64,000 bases of DNA, taken from Eledone cirrhosa. Taxonomy: Eukaryota. The number at the start of each line of letters is the position of its first letter. Position 1 is the stretch's first letter. Made by a program: the position numbers and the translations under genes. The notes under the pieces are model-generated. The model searched no databases and was not told the origin of the DNA. It worked only from the letters and a program-made list of their open reading frames with translations. The DNA lies in NCBI GenBank assembly GCA_964016885.1, contig OZ024743.1, forward strand, positions 171,430,001 through 171,494,000. Direction: 5' to 3'. This document shows positions 32,987 through 47,799 of this stretch, in pieces.

Positions 32987-33032
32987 ACAATTGACAATTG
33001 TTTCGGAGTGCCTTTCTCCTTGACAAGATTGT
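32987..33032 (-). ncRNA. Degenerate minimal hammerhead ribozyme
   Basis: Minus strand ACAAT-CTTGTCAA-GGAG..CTCC-GAAA-CAATTG-TC^AATTGT; core mutated. Confidence 0.5.
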
Positions 33033-33827
33033 GTATTGAGGTCGCTTACTGGAACTGCTGAGAATACATAGTATTCTCAACTGTATATATCGGATGATTA
33101 GCCTCCTTTGCTATCGAGCGATTTTAAAGTTTTTCCTAACGGATTCTCAACTCGAGTGAGGTTGCGTTGAGGTGTATATGAGCTGAGTGGTTTTATATAT
33201 ATATATATATATAATGTGAGTGTGTGTGTGTATTCGTGAGTGAATAATAATAATAACATAATATCATACCATTATTAATATTCGGTGTGTGTGTGTGTGT
33301 GTGAATTTCGTATATCTAAAGAAATACGGTATATTTATAAATAAACATTTTGAAAGCCATAGCTATGAATATAACACTGGTATTCAGCGCCACCGAGCGG
33401 TGTCCAGCAGAAGCAGGGGGAAAACCATCGATACATTTCGAACTTAAATGGATCCCGTCGGGACGGTGTTTCCCACTTGCCCTACCTGACTTTGAAATTG
33501 GCGAAAATATATAGTTTTTGGTCTGTGTAAATAAGGTGATTAATCTCATTTGCATATGAAGCTGTATAAGTTGGATCACCTTAAAATAGAATTAGAATTT
33601 AGCTTCGAACATAACTGTATACAAATATGCGACCAGTGTTTTGAGAAAACAACACCATACTTCAGTACTGAACATATAAAAAATCGAAATAACTGAAGTA
33701 AACGTTATTCCATCATTAAGTTTTTTCTGTTTATTTCTGTTCAGATTCTAGTAGCCTGATGAGGTCATAGCTGTTGCATAATGGTAAACAAAGTTAATTT
33801 TAACCTGTTGACTTACACTTCTTGTTT

Positions 33828-33834
33828 ATATTTA

Positions 33835-33929
<95 letters not shown>

Positions 33930-33951
33930 ATATATATATATGAGAGAGAGA

Positions 33952-34022
<71 letters not shown>
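33828..34022. repeat. (TA)n plus (GA)n microsatellite
   Basis: Directly visible. Confidence 0.97.
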
Positions 34023-34023
<1 letters not shown>

Positions 34024-34402
34024 ATTTTAGATAATAAACCTATAAAGAAAGTAAATATCGACATAAACTAACCTTGAAGTCGCCGTAGGAATCACTTGTA
34101 TCTAACATTCCATTGACAAATTCAAGCGCATCCAGAAAGGCTTTCCATGGAACAAAATCACTTTCTTTCTTTAGGTAAGTTGTTAGATTCAGTGCAATAT
34201 GGTAATGTAATTGGCCGGCTCTGTATGAAATATAGAGGTCATAGGTAAAGATTCTTTACATTGAAATAATCGATTCAATATATTTTAACTTATATTTTTT
34301 ATCGAACCTTAAATGATAGCAGTCAAAATCGACTTCAGAGAAATATGAACTGAGCGTATACAAACGTGTTATGTTTACTCAGCATATATCCAATAGGTAA
34401 AC

Positions 34403-34480
34403 AAACCCTCTTTATACATTTTTCTTCCAATATATATATATATATATATATATTGGAAGAAAAATGTATAAAGACGGTTT
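34403..34480. repeat. Palindrome centred on a (TA)n tract
   Basis: AAACCCTCTTTATACATTTTTCTTCCAA-(TA)n-TTGGAAGAAAAATGTATAAAGACGGTTT. Confidence 0.9.
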
Positions 34481-34555
34481 ATATTTTTTTATCATATGTT
34501 GACTGGACACTTTCTTGTTCACAAGTGTTTTTTTAGTCATCATATCGTGTTACCT

Positions 34556-34626
34556 TATTTTATCTGATGAGAACGCAACTATCGTCCCAGGATGATATTT
34601 GTTTTTGAAATGCGCATAATAAAATA
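34556..34626 (+). ncRNA. Type I minimal hammerhead ribozyme, long stem II
   Basis: TATTTTAT-CTGATGA-stem II-GAAA-TGCGCA-TA^ATAAAATA; palindromic stem III; same family as 55305. Confidence 0.87.
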
Positions 34627-34697
34627 TATGGAACTTTTTTAGCTATCTTTTAATTTCTTCTTCTTATATATATATATATATATCTATATATATATAT

Positions 34698-34851
34698 ATT
34701 TATTTAATATAGAAAAGCTTCTAGAGGACTAGAACTGTTTCATTCGGCAGAAATCATCATCATCATAAATATATATATATTGATGATGATGATGATTTCT
34801 GCCGAATGAAACAGTTCTAGTCCTCTAGAAGCTTTTCTATATTAAATAAAT
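34698..34851. mobile_element. Perfect fold-back element made of two HHR 3' halves plus PLE terminus
   Basis: ~65-bp arms around ATATATAT; arms match the family at 56385-56446 and 48447-48523. Confidence 0.8.
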
Positions 34852-34891
34852 ACATGCATATTTTTATTTATAAATATGTATTAAATAATTA

Positions 34892-35226
34892 CATGCATAT
34901 ATTTATTTTTTTAAATTAATTGAGTTCTTAACAAGTGGAATTGATATTAGTTTTGAAATAACTAATTAACCCACGTATATTTAATATTTTACTCTTAATT
35001 CGGCCAGAGATTTACATTCCCGATTGCCCTTTAAAGCGTAACTTTCCGTATTTACTACGGTTATGAAATGCGGTTTGTTATTCGGGTACGACTTCTGTTT
35101 TTAGCCTAAGAAAATATCTATATGCGTGTGTAATTAATACACGCATGCATTTATTTTTTTAATTTCAATTGAGTTCTTAACTCGTTGGATTGATAATGTT
35201 TTTTGAAAAAACTAATTAACCCGCGT
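34892..35226. repeat. Two diverged ~85-bp direct repeats
   Basis: CATGCAT..TTTATTTTTTT..AATTGAGTTCTTAAC...AACTAATTAACCC at ~34892 and ~35144. Confidence 0.7.
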
Positions 35227-35765
35227 GAATATTATTTTTTCTTTTCTCGTGTATTGGTTATCTCCCCTTCCCGCTTCGTGACGCTATAATACTTCCTCAG
35301 TCAAAAACTGCTGGAATTTTAAATTTGGCGGTCATTCGATGGGTGAGGGAGCAGCTTAGCAGACACGATTTTTAACTGCGGTAAGAATTTTTTCTTATAT
35401 CAAAGTTTAATGGGCTTCCACTGATGATTTATAAGCGCCCACCTAAATATATTCTTACATGAATATATGTTAGGCTTCTACATAAACTGGAAACATTCTC
35501 CTAATTTGTAGAAAACTTATAATGAAACAATTGTTTGGAAAGAGAGATATATTTTAACTTTAATTATATCTCATAAAATAATACAACTGGCTTTCCACAT
35601 AATACATATAGTTAGCACCCCAAACACTTAAATTGGGTTATACTAACATATAACCTAATGTTTGTTGAGTGAGATGGTTACCAGTCAGAGTTTAGCTTTA
35701 AGCTATCTCTGTTATTGTATTATATATATATATATATTATTATTATTATATATATAATTAAGTTA

Positions 35766-35991
35766 AAACAATTAAGTTAAAAATGTACATCCACATATGT
35801 ATACTGAAACACTAGTATGCATATGAATACACACACGTATACATATGTAGATGTACCAAGTCTTTCACTGGTTACTTTACTGTGAGTATCCAGCTATTCT
35901 GTATGTAAACACACAGACAAACCGGTTTTTAGAGTCATACTGGTTTTTGAGGAAACACCTATGTGGATGTACATTTTTAACTTAATTGTTT
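35766..35991. repeat. 32-bp inverted repeat pair
   Basis: AAACAATTAAGTTAAAAATGTACATCCACATA and its reverse complement at 35960-35991. Confidence 0.85.
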
Positions 35992-36054
35992 AAGCGTCAG
36001 TCATACAAAAGTGAGTTACAAACGAAACGAAATTTAATTTCGTTTCGTTATTTG

Positions 36055-36104
<50 letters not shown>

Positions 36105-36109
<5 letters not shown>

Positions 36110-36799
36110 CGGAGGAAATGTGGTAAGGAACCAGCTGGACCATAACGCACCAAAGTACTCAATACTTAGGGTAGTAGAGTGGGTAATAGGAACGAGTAGG
36201 ACCCCGACGGCTGAGCTCAAGCCGTTTCGACGGCTAATTCTGGACTAAATGAAAATTTTTATCCTGGTATTTGAATAGCCAAGCTTCTCATATATGGTAA
36301 AAGTGATCCGTCCCACCTAGTATACCTTTCTTTAGCCTAGTAGTACCAGTGAGAGACTTAGGTCGTAGTAACCAGAAATTGTTTTGTTTTTTTTTACATT
36401 TAATTGCTTTTTAACACTCTCGGTATTTTTCTATATATTTACCCCATATTGTTCTACTTATTGTTTCAACTTCCTCCCCCTCCCCCTCCCTAGTATCTTC
36501 TTTGACCTCATGCCCAGCTGTAGTCGGCACTAACAACGCATGAATGGGTCTCCTCCACCCCCTCTCCCTCTTTCTCCTACTGGCAGGTTCAGCTACCCCT
36601 TCCCTCCACAAATTGCCATCATAGAATTATTATGTCTCAACAACAAACTTTTGACCAATCCTTGTGACAATCACTTTTACTATATATGGAATTACCTCTT
36701 GAGAAGCTCGGCTATTCAAATACCAGGATAAAAATTTTCATTTAGTCCAGAATTAGCCGTCGAAACGGCTTGAGCTCAGCCGTCGGGGTCCTACTCGTT

Positions 36800-36803
<4 letters not shown>
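36105..36803. mobile_element. (TA)n-bounded inverted-repeat element (104-bp arms) with HHR-like fold
   Basis: 36187-36290 is the reverse complement of 36700-36803; the family recurs at 58964-59120. Confidence 0.8.
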
Positions 36804-36844
<41 letters not shown>

Positions 36845-36924
36845 GTGTATAATGGTAGCTAAGGTGGTTTCATAGGCGGTATGCCAAAAGTAGCATTCGA
36901 TATTCACCAGAGTAGAGTGTAGAC

Positions 36925-37263
36925 AGTATAAAGAAAACGAAAAATCAGTGATGCATCTGGACTTAATTTATTGTGTGTTACAATTGTTTCGCCAGCAGGT
37001 AGCTCAAGACATGGTCCCTGTATGGATCTGGCTGACTCTACGGCTGCAGGTTCTTACAGACACGGGTATTTCGTTCTGAGCAAATTTTATTACAGTGATA
37101 AAATTTGCTTCGAACGAAATACCTGTGTCTGAAAGAACCTGCAGCCGTAGAGTCAGTCAGATCCATACAGGAACCATGTCTCGAGCTACCTGCCGGCGAA
37201 ACAATTGTAACACGCAATAAATTAAGAACAGATGCATCACTGATTTTTCGTTTTCTTTACACT
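36925..37263. mobile_element. ~340-bp fold-back element with an HHR-like motif in each arm
   Basis: Arms ~165 bp, centre ~37094; right arm GTGT-CTGAAAGA...GGC-GAAA-CAATTG-TA^ACAC. Confidence 0.8.
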
Positions 37264-37291
37264 ATATATATATATATATATATATATGAAT

Positions 37292-38812
<1,521 letters not shown>

Positions 38813-38847
38813 TACATGTTCTGTTTACATACTTGTTCTTTATATTT

Positions 38848-38938
<91 letters not shown>

Positions 38939-39519
38939 GAAAGAACAAGGAAGTTTCGTTTACATATGAAAAATATTTATTACTTATCGACCTCTAACGT
39001 GCGCCTTTCACAGAGGATTGGCTCATGGTGACCCATAGGAGTTATGGATGCAACTCCAGTATCGATCTGCTCCTCAAACTGGTGATCTGACAAACGATGT
39101 ATTTTTGTTGTGTCATGTGGACCGAGAATGTATATATATAGGCATTGGTCCTATTTTTTGTGTGTGGGCCTATGTGTATGTTTTGGTGTATTCATGTGCG
39201 TATTTACGTGAGTGTTCGAGCAATTAGAGATTCGTGCGTGTGTGTGCACGTTTTAGAATGTGAATTGGCCAGTCAAAGACTTGTTTTGGTGTAAACAGGA
39301 TGCAAGTTGTGTGTGTGTGTGTGTGCGCGAACTTTGAGAGCTTGATAATGGTCATCAACCGAAAAAAGATCGGAAAATTCACCTCCCATGCTAGGCCTGA
39401 ATCTGCACCCAACTACCAACTTCGGGTTGCAAGCGAATATGACAGTCCCAACCATCGGAGGAATAAAGACCAACCAAACCACACCACAGACCTTCCACAA
39501 ACCTGTACCGCTAAGCTGC

Positions 39520-39990
39520 CAGAGACCCGTGCCCTCATGAATCGAAAGTACAATTACAGATCCTGTACGGAGTGTCCGCTACGAAACAATTGCTTGGTTT
39601 CCGGTATCGTATACAGATGCACCATTCATGCGGAAAACAGTAGAAAATATGTATACAGAGGTGCAACCGGCGGTGATTTTAAGTCCCGTTTTTACAACCA
39701 TGCATGCTCCTTCAGACATCGGCATAAAAGATCGCAAACCAATCTGTCTGAACGGGGAAGGCGGCTTAAGGACGGTAACATCACCTTTAGAACGGAATGG
39801 GACGTCATATGAAGAGCACCCCCGCTCCACTTAGGAGGACGTCACTGCCAGTTATGATTTGCGGAAGTAGTGGAAATAATAAAACTGACCCCCCCCCCCC
39901 CACCCCACCCCCCCCAAAAAAAAACAAAAAAAAACGTATAAACGCGAGGCCTGAAATCGTGATGAACTGTTTGCACAAGCGCAAACCTGT
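39520..39990 (+). pseudogene. PLE GIY-YIG endonuclease fragment (Nematis-like)
   Basis: CPLRNNCLVSGIVYRCTI..YRGATGGDFKSRFYNH..SFR; homologous to 61616..62440. Confidence 0.8.
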
Positions 39991-40593
39991 TCAACAGGTA
40001 GGTGGACGAGCAGAACCTAAGGAATACCAAATAATTCAGTCCTACATCGACCAAACACACAGGCAAGCGAAAGAAATCTATTCGAACTCTCTTCTACTTA
40101 TAAATCTTTATATGTATCAGTACACCACCTCTTAATTATTACTCTCGTTATTATTACCTCTGCTATATGTATGTACATGGGTGTATGCGAGGGCACGCAC
40201 CCGTGTGTGTGTCCCCGCAACTCCACACATATATAGGCAGATGTATGTCTGTTTATAAGTGTATATGGGCGCGTACACATGCATCTGCATGTAATGTATA
40301 TATATATGCATATCTATGTGTGTATATGCGTATGTATACGTATGTGTGTGTACGTGTATATAAGTGTGTGTCTGTGTGTGCATATATATATGTGCGCGTG
40401 TGTATGTGTATGTATGTGTGTGTGTACGTGTGCATATATACGTGTGAGTGTGTAAGCATCTGGGAGTGCATGTGGCTGTATTTATGTGCGTATGAACGGA
40501 CTTGTATGTATGTGTGTATGTCTGTGCCATATAAGTGTGTATGTATGCATATGTGTGTGTATGCATGTATATATGTACATGTATGTATATGTC

Positions 40594-40680
<87 letters not shown>

Positions 40681-40720
40681 ATGTGTGTGTATATGTATAT
40701 GTATATGTATATATATATAT

Positions 40721-43700
40721 TTCGTTTCTGAATTTGTTTAGCAAGATTCTTTATCTGAAATCGTGTGTTGAAACCGATATTGTTATACTTTGGGAGGGTC
40801 ATGTTGCCAATAAGAAACACACGCACCAGTTGCTTTCACTTCAATTTATTATATATTTATAAATTTATAAATTTACAAATTTACAAACTTATAAATTTCT
40901 GGTTGGTTGGTTGGTTCCACAACCAGATAGTTGTTTATATATAGTCATTAGTCCTTTCGTCAGACACTCTGTGACCTCTTCAGTGACTGGGGATTCCTTT
41001 CTTCGTTTCTGTGCCTTTCCTTTCTTCTATCCTACGCCATTTTGTTTCTGTGTGTGTGTTGTGTGCTCTGTTTGCGCATGCGCCACATCCGGGTATCTGT
41101 GTGTGTTTGTGTTCATTTATCTATTTGTTTATTTATTTATTTATTTATTGTTGGTTGGTTGTTTGTTCTATGTGTGTGTGTGTTTTCATTTTGTCCTTGA
41201 TTGTAAGTTGTGATGTTGCTGTTCCACTCATATTTTCTATTTAATTTTGGTTTTAATTCTTTTATGCTTACTGCCTCTGTAATTTGCCTAAACATTGCGT
41301 CTTTTCTGTGTGTGGATTCTATTTTTATTTCTATGCTCTCTAATCTACCCCTGTGTTCTATCTTAGCATGTTGGTAGAGCACAGATGATTCTTTATTATC
41401 TTGGAGGTCTCGCCAGTATTCATTTATTCGTTACCCTATACTACGAGCTGTCTCACCTATGTACACTATATTTTTGTTTCTACATTGTCCTTCAGTACAT
41501 CTTATGCTATACACTACATTTCTAGTTTTACAGTTAATATGGGGGCTTATTTTACAGGTTATACATTTCTTATCTATACATGAGGGTCTTTGGAACGGGT
41601 ATGTCTTGCTAATAGGTGTTTTTACGGAGGTACCAGGTCTTTCTACCATCTTAATATTGAGATTATGTTTATTTAGGGCCCTTCTAAATTTGTAGGCTAG
41701 TTCGCCTCTAGGGGTTGTATTGATGAACTTTACACTCTGGTATTTATTGCTATCATACCATGAGTTTATTCTATTGGCCTTGTTCCTAGTTCTTTCTATT
41801 CTATTCCAAAATTTGCTCCTATACAAGGGGCAGGTCCCATTTATGTCATTATTTACCATTTTTTCCCATTTGGTTCTGGCTCCTTTATACATTCTGATTC
41901 TATCTCTCTGATTGTAGCCAGAGAACTGCATACGGTGGATGAAGTGGTGTATGTGTCTCTCTAGTTCTTCGGGGTTGCACATGCGGGACACATTTATCAT
42001 CACCCGTACCAAATCCGCAATCAGTATGTTGATTTTGGTATGGTAGAAATGGCCGAGTTTCGGTGGATCAGATGTTTGGAAGTCATGGGTTTGGCATAAT
42101 GGGAATGGAGGATTTGTTTTGGTTGTTAATGGTATCTAACCAGAGCTCTGTGTCTAGTACAGGTAATCGATGGTTGGGGTGTCTACTTGGGTAGTCTATA
42201 GTAACTCTAATGCTCTGGTGGATGGAGTTTGCTATTTGCTGGATGCTTTCCATTGTGTTTTTCTCTAGTTCCTGGCTGTTCTTTAGCGGGGCTGTCTTAA
42301 CTACGATGTTTATATCATCTACGTAGCGGGAGTACATTATCAGGGTTAAGCTGTCTTCTAATTGTTCATTGAGTTTTTGTTTAAGTCTACTGTCCCACCA
42401 TACCATGAATAAGTTAGCTATGTCGCCTGCAATGCTAACACCAATGGCTGCCCCTTTCTCTTGGGCATATGTTTTACCATTAAATTTGAACATATGTTCC
42501 TTAAGGGTTAATTTTATGCTGGCCCCTACCGCATGTGCAATCATTTTCTTCAGTTCATCGTGGTTTTCGGGTGTCCGTATGGCTCTGGTCTACCCGTTCC
42601 ATCTATCTGTATGGGTTTTCTTGGCCATTGAGGTAATGGTAGGTGGTCTGCCTCTTGCTGGTCTTGTAGGGCACAGGTTGCTAAGGTCATAAGTGTCTAG
42701 GTAACTATTACTATGGGTAAGCTTAAGTAGAAGTCCCAGCTCACTGGTATCAATCCCACGGAATTCAACCTTGCTCTCGCTGATCATTTCTACGCATTTC
42801 TCCACAGCAAAATCCACGTCAATAGATGGATACAGGGACACAACATCCATACTGCCTATTATGCAGTTTGTTAGGTCCCCAGATCGGTTACCCGCGCCGA
42901 TTCTGCTGAGGAGGTCCTCCGTGCTGTCACACACATCTGGGGACATCTCAATGATGGGGCGTATGATCAGGGAGAGGAAGTAGGACAGTCTGTAGTTACT
43001 AGCAATGTTAGCCCCACAGACTGGCCGTGTTGGTGGTCCCGCGACAGGGTCCCAGCCCGTTTTATGGTCTTTTCGAAGCCCATACAACGCCGGCACGTCA
43101 TTGTTCCAGGCCTGGAAGTTGTTGGCAGTCCTTTTGTTGGGCTGCATTATATTCGTCCACATCACCATATGGGCATTGAGGGCCTTTTCTCTATCCTCAT
43201 GCTCCTGTGGTGTTACCTCTCTTGTGTTAGTGATGTGGGGTTGCATTGCCTGGATGTAGTTTGGCAGGCTGACAACCGACATTCTGCCAGACTTGTCTGT
43301 TGGAAAACATGCTATCTCTCCATTACGCGAGCGCTGCATGAGCTAACGCAAGCCATTTGCAGATTCTTCTCCCAGTTGCTGGGCCTCTATTCTATTATGC
43401 TTCTTGCTATACTGTTCTATAATATTTCTAAGTTCGGATTTAGCTATACTAAATTGTGCTTCTGTTTGTTCATCGACATGCGACGGCAACTGCGTGCGTT
43501 TGTTAAATGGCAAAGTCGTGGCGTGGACTCGTCGTAGGTCGAATGATTTATCGGAGGGGTTGTAAAACGGAGAGTTCCAGGCTGCTGCTTTATGTGTACT
43601 AGTGCTATTATTATTGTTAGTTGTGTTGTTTCTATTTCTATTTCCACCAACAGCCTCATGGTTGTTTCTATGTCCCTCATAATTACTCCTGTCTCTTTCC

Positions 43701-44783
43701 ACTGGCTCAATGTTGTTATCTACCCTATTTTGTGTGTCTGTGTGTTCGTCTTGGTTATTCTCTTTGTCCTTAGTCTCCCATCTCCTTTTCCTTTTAATCC
43801 TATTACTTTCTCTTATTTCTCTGATTTCTGTGCTACTGTCATTACTTGTTTTCTGTGTCTGTGTGTTTGTTAAGATTGTGGTTGTGGTGAGAGGCATTGA
43901 ATGCGTGTGTGTTGTTGTTGTTGATGTGTGTTGTTGTTGATGTGTGTTGTTGTTGTCTCCGTGTGTGTGTTATCGTTGTTGTGTGTGTTGTTATTGTTGT
44001 TTGTGTCTGCGTGTCTGTTGTTGTTGTATCTGGGTATGTTGCTATTGTTGTTGTTGTTGTTATTGTTGTTTCTGTCTGTTGTTGTTGGGATGTGTGTTGT
44101 ATATGTGTGTGCTTATATTGTTGCTTTTGTTTTTGATGCTCCAGCGTAGTTTTGTAAATGATTTTTCTATTTCTGACAGACAACTAATCATATTTACCTT
44201 CTTGAATGTCGCAAATTTGGGTGGCAGACGTAACACAGACATTTCATTATTATCTATTTCCGTGTTTCCATAAATGTTGGTATTTTCGTTGTTGAACTCT
44301 TCTGATAATGAGGTGTCGGCCATGTTGATACCGTCAATTTTGTCGGCATATCTATTGGTATACTCTATAGTATCCCGATTTAGCTTTGCCTGTTTAAGCC
44401 ACTTTAGTTTTCTGTTAAAGTGCTTATCACATTCTTGAGTAATGTACTGTTCTTCGGGGCGTATAAGGCTTATAAATATTAGTTTTTCTGCTGGTGTGGT
44501 GATTTTAGCTATTTCTTGTATTAGGTTACGCTTTAGTTTTTCTTGATGACTTAATTCTCTATAGATCTTCTTTTTTATGTTTAGAATTAAAGTTCGTTTT
44601 AGCCTATCTGCTTGTTTGTTGGTGAGTTGTAATCTTCTAACGTCGGTATTGATGGTGTTGGTGTAGATTCTAGAAGTGGTGCACAGTTTTATGAAGCGTA
44701 GTTGTCGAGATGTTATGGTTTTTCGTAGACAACAGAACATGGTGGTTTTCAGTATCTTGTTAGCCTGGCTGACACTTACGATA
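40721..44783 (-). mobile_element. Near full-length PLE of a deep-branching C-terminal-EN lineage (possibly Hydra clade), decayed
   Basis: ORF pieces 44060-44740 to 41137-41382: LPPKFA, PTDKSG, LYGLRKDHK, RPVCGA, SMDVVSLYPSI, GAAIG, RYVDD, LPVLD, VVYSIRC..YIGETAR, ITEAV.I..PKLN. Clade is inference. Confidence 0.88.
40943..40988 (-). ncRNA. Hammerhead-like motif in the PLE pseudo-LTR (second copy at ~45007-45052)
   Basis: Minus strand AGTCA-CTGAAGA-G-GTCA..TGAC-GAAA-GGAC-TA-A-TGACT; one extra nucleotide at two junctions. Confidence 0.6.
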
Positions 44784-45192
44784 TTTCATTTCTGAATTTG
44801 TTTAGCAAGATTCTTTATCTGAAATCGTGTGTTGAAACCGATATTGTTATACTTTGGGAGGGTCATGTTGCCAATAAGAAACACACGCACCAGTTGCTTT
44901 CACTTCAATTTATTATATATTTATAAATTTATGAATTTACAAATTTACAAACTTATAAATTTCTGGTTGGTTGGTTGGTTTCACAACCAGATAGTTGTTT
45001 ATATATAGTCATTAGTCCTTTCGTCACACACTCTGTGACCTCTTCAGTGACTGGGGATTCCTTTCTTCGTTTCTGTGCCTTTCCTTTCTTCTATCCTACG
45101 CCATTTTGTTTCTGTGTGTGTGTTGTGTGCTCTGTTTGCGCATGCGCCACATCCGGGTGTATGTGTGTGTTTGTGTTCATTTATCTATTTGT

Positions 45193-45223
<31 letters not shown>

Positions 45224-46068
45224 TTGTTGGTTGGTTGTTTGTTCTATGTGTGTGTGTGTTTTCATTTTGTCCTGTGTGTGTTTTCATTTTGTCTTTAATT
45301 GTAAGTTGTTTGTTCTATGTGTGTGTGTCTTTTCATTTTGTCCTTAATTGTAAGTTGTGATGTTGCTGTTCCACTCATATTTTCTATTTAATTTTGGTTT
45401 TAATTCTTTTATGCTTACTGCCTCTGTAATTTGCCTAAACATTGCGTCTTTTCTGTGTGTGGATTCTATTTTTATTTCTATGCTCTCTAATCTACCCCTG
45501 TGTTCTATCTTAGCATGTTGGTAGAGCACAGATGATTCTTTATTATCTTAGAGGTCTCGCCAGTGTTCATTTATTCGTTCCCCTATACTACGAGCTGTCT
45601 CACCTATGTACACTATATTTTTGTTTCTACATTGTCTTTCAGTACATCTTATGCTATACACTACATTTCTAGTTTTACAGTTAATATGGGGGCTTATTTT
45701 ACAGGTTATACATTTCTTATCTATACATGAGGGTCTTTGGAACGGGTATGTCTTGCTAATAAGTGTTTTTACGGAGGTACCAGGTCTTTCTACTATCTTA
45801 ATATTGAGATTATGTTTATTTAGGGCCCTTCTAAATGTGTAGGCTAGTTCGCCTCTAGGGGTTGTATTGATGAACATTACACTCTGGTATTTATTGCTAT
45901 CATACCATGAGTTTATTCTATTGGCCTTGTTCCTAGTTCTTTCTATTCTATTCCAAAATGTGCTCCTATACAAGGGGCAGGTCCCATTTATGTCATTATT
46001 TACCATTTTTTCCCATTTGGTTCGGGCTGCTTTATACACTCTGATTCTATCTCTCTGATTGTAGCCAG
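44784..46068 (-). mobile_element. Upstream partial tandem copy (EN domain plus pseudo-LTR) of the 40721 PLE
   Basis: Near-identical to ~40720-41920; typical PLE partial-tandem layout. Confidence 0.92.
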
Positions 46069-46164
46069 CTGAATGAACAATTAGAAGACAGCTTAACCCT
46101 GATAATTTGCATATCGAGTGAGTTAGTCGGCCGGGTGAACCGAAAACGATAAATGAAAACATAT

Positions 46165-46207
46165 ATGGTGCTGATGACAGCTAATAAGCTAGAAACTAGT
46201 TCATCGT
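46165..46207 (+). ncRNA. Type I minimal hammerhead ribozyme (mutated sister at 46654-46696)
   Basis: ATGGTG-CTGATGA-C AGCT AATA AGCT A-GAAA-CTAG-TT^CATCGT; palindromic stem III ACTAGT. Confidence 0.82.
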
Positions 46208-46850
46208 TCCTTTGTCAGTGTTGAACAGAAGGGCAACGATGCGTGCCGAACACTGTACGGCTAATAATTCGGGCTGTTTGTTTACAAACAAACCGAGTAT
46301 TATAATAAATGATCGGTAAACCCATAGTACATATATATATGTGTGCATGTATGTATGTATATACATACTACTGTACGTCTGTATACATATATGTATGTAC
46401 GTATATATACTTTTATTTAAGTATCAGCCGTACATATATGTATGTACGTATATGTATGTACGTATGTACGTATATGTATGTACGTATATAAACTTATATT
46501 TAAGTATCAGCCGTATTAAGAGTGAGAAATGAAATTTCATTTTTTCCATTTATAGTTTTCGGTACACCCGGCCAATTAACTTACTCGATATGCAAATCAG
46601 GATGCTCAGCCGTTAATATACACAAGTATATCAATCGACTGACAGGAATGTATACGGTACTGATGACAGCTAATAATCTAAAAACTAGTTCATCGTTCCT
46701 TTGTCAGTGTTGAACAAAAGGGCAACCATGGTTGCCGAACACTGTACGGCTAATAATTCGGGCTGTTTGTTTACAAACAAACCGAGCATTATAATAAATG
46801 TTCGGTAAACCCATACGTACATATATATATATGTGTGCATGTATGTATGT

Positions 46851-47452
46851 CAGGTCACCAGTTGGTGCTACTGGTAACATGTATCCCAGTACAACCTGTC
46901 TCATGGTCGGGTCGTTGGCGACTAAACTGGCAACCCCACCAAGGTTTCTTGGTGAGGAGGGTGACTTTGGACATCCTGCAGGACTAAAAACAAAACCTGT
47001 CAAGGGGCAAAGGAGCTCTTAAGAGTCAATGGCCATCCAAAATCACCGGGAGAGATGATCCCTTAGCCTTTGTCAAGGCAGAATTCTAGGAGAAGGAAAA
47101 CTCTGATATAACACCTGCAAACCTGATGGTATCCAATGATGTTGACTTGTTCTTCTTTTTGGTAAATATCATCTTGGTTAAGAGAGTGGGACTGGCTTTG
47201 TGCAGTGCCTTTGCTCACTATAAAAGCTTCACGGCACAGGCATTGCTTTATATCTGGAGATCTCTCTGCACTTGTCGTCACATGGTACCATGGGCCCAGC
47301 ACTATGCGTCAGTAATTGTCACAAGTGTAGTGTTTGTACCAGAGTTTTCAAGTCGCTGGCTGGACTAAAAAGTCATTCGTTCAACGCATCGGTAGGGGTT
47401 CTCCTACATGGATATAAAGTAGTGGCCGTAATCGAAAACGAGTTGGCAGCCA
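46851..47452 (+). mobile_element. Non-autonomous RTE-derived element inserted in (TATG)n
   Basis: Interrupts the second repeat copy; ends with remnant CSVCTRVFKSLAGLKSH and GCAGCCACCATA; homologous to 54022-54530. Confidence 0.65.
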
Positions 47453-47799
47453 CCATATACATACTACTGTACGTGTGTATACATATATGTATGTACGTAT
47501 ATATACTTATATTTAAGTATCAGCCGTACTAAGATTGAGAAATGAAATTTTATTTTTTACATTTATATATATTTTTATATATATATATTCTGTGTATTTC
47601 GTTCGTATGTGTGCTGGTACAGGTGTTGCGCGGGTTTTTGTATGTGTGCGCGTGTTTTTGTGTACGTGCTTGTATATGCATACCATGGCGGGTGTTTTCG
47701 CGTATGCATGTGTATGTACGTATATGGATGCGTGTATATATTTAATTAATGTTCATTTCAATAATCTCTGTAATTTATTTACATTATTCTTAACTCTAG

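Larger units (their letters stand above)
46107..47545 (+). mobile_element. PLE pseudo-LTR-type unit present twice in tandem with an inverted 5' segment
   Basis: Direct repeats ~46165-46545 and ~46654-47560 (second interrupted); inverted arms 46107-46160 / 46541-46596. Confidence 0.7.

Noticed and set aside
33756-33790. Isolated CTGATGA (also ~35421)
   Set aside because: No correctly placed stem II, GAAA and stem III.
46900-47020. HDV-like ribozyme in the RTE-derived 5' region
   Set aside because: RTE 5' UTRs can carry one, but I could not build the nested double pseudoknot by eye; needs a descriptor search.
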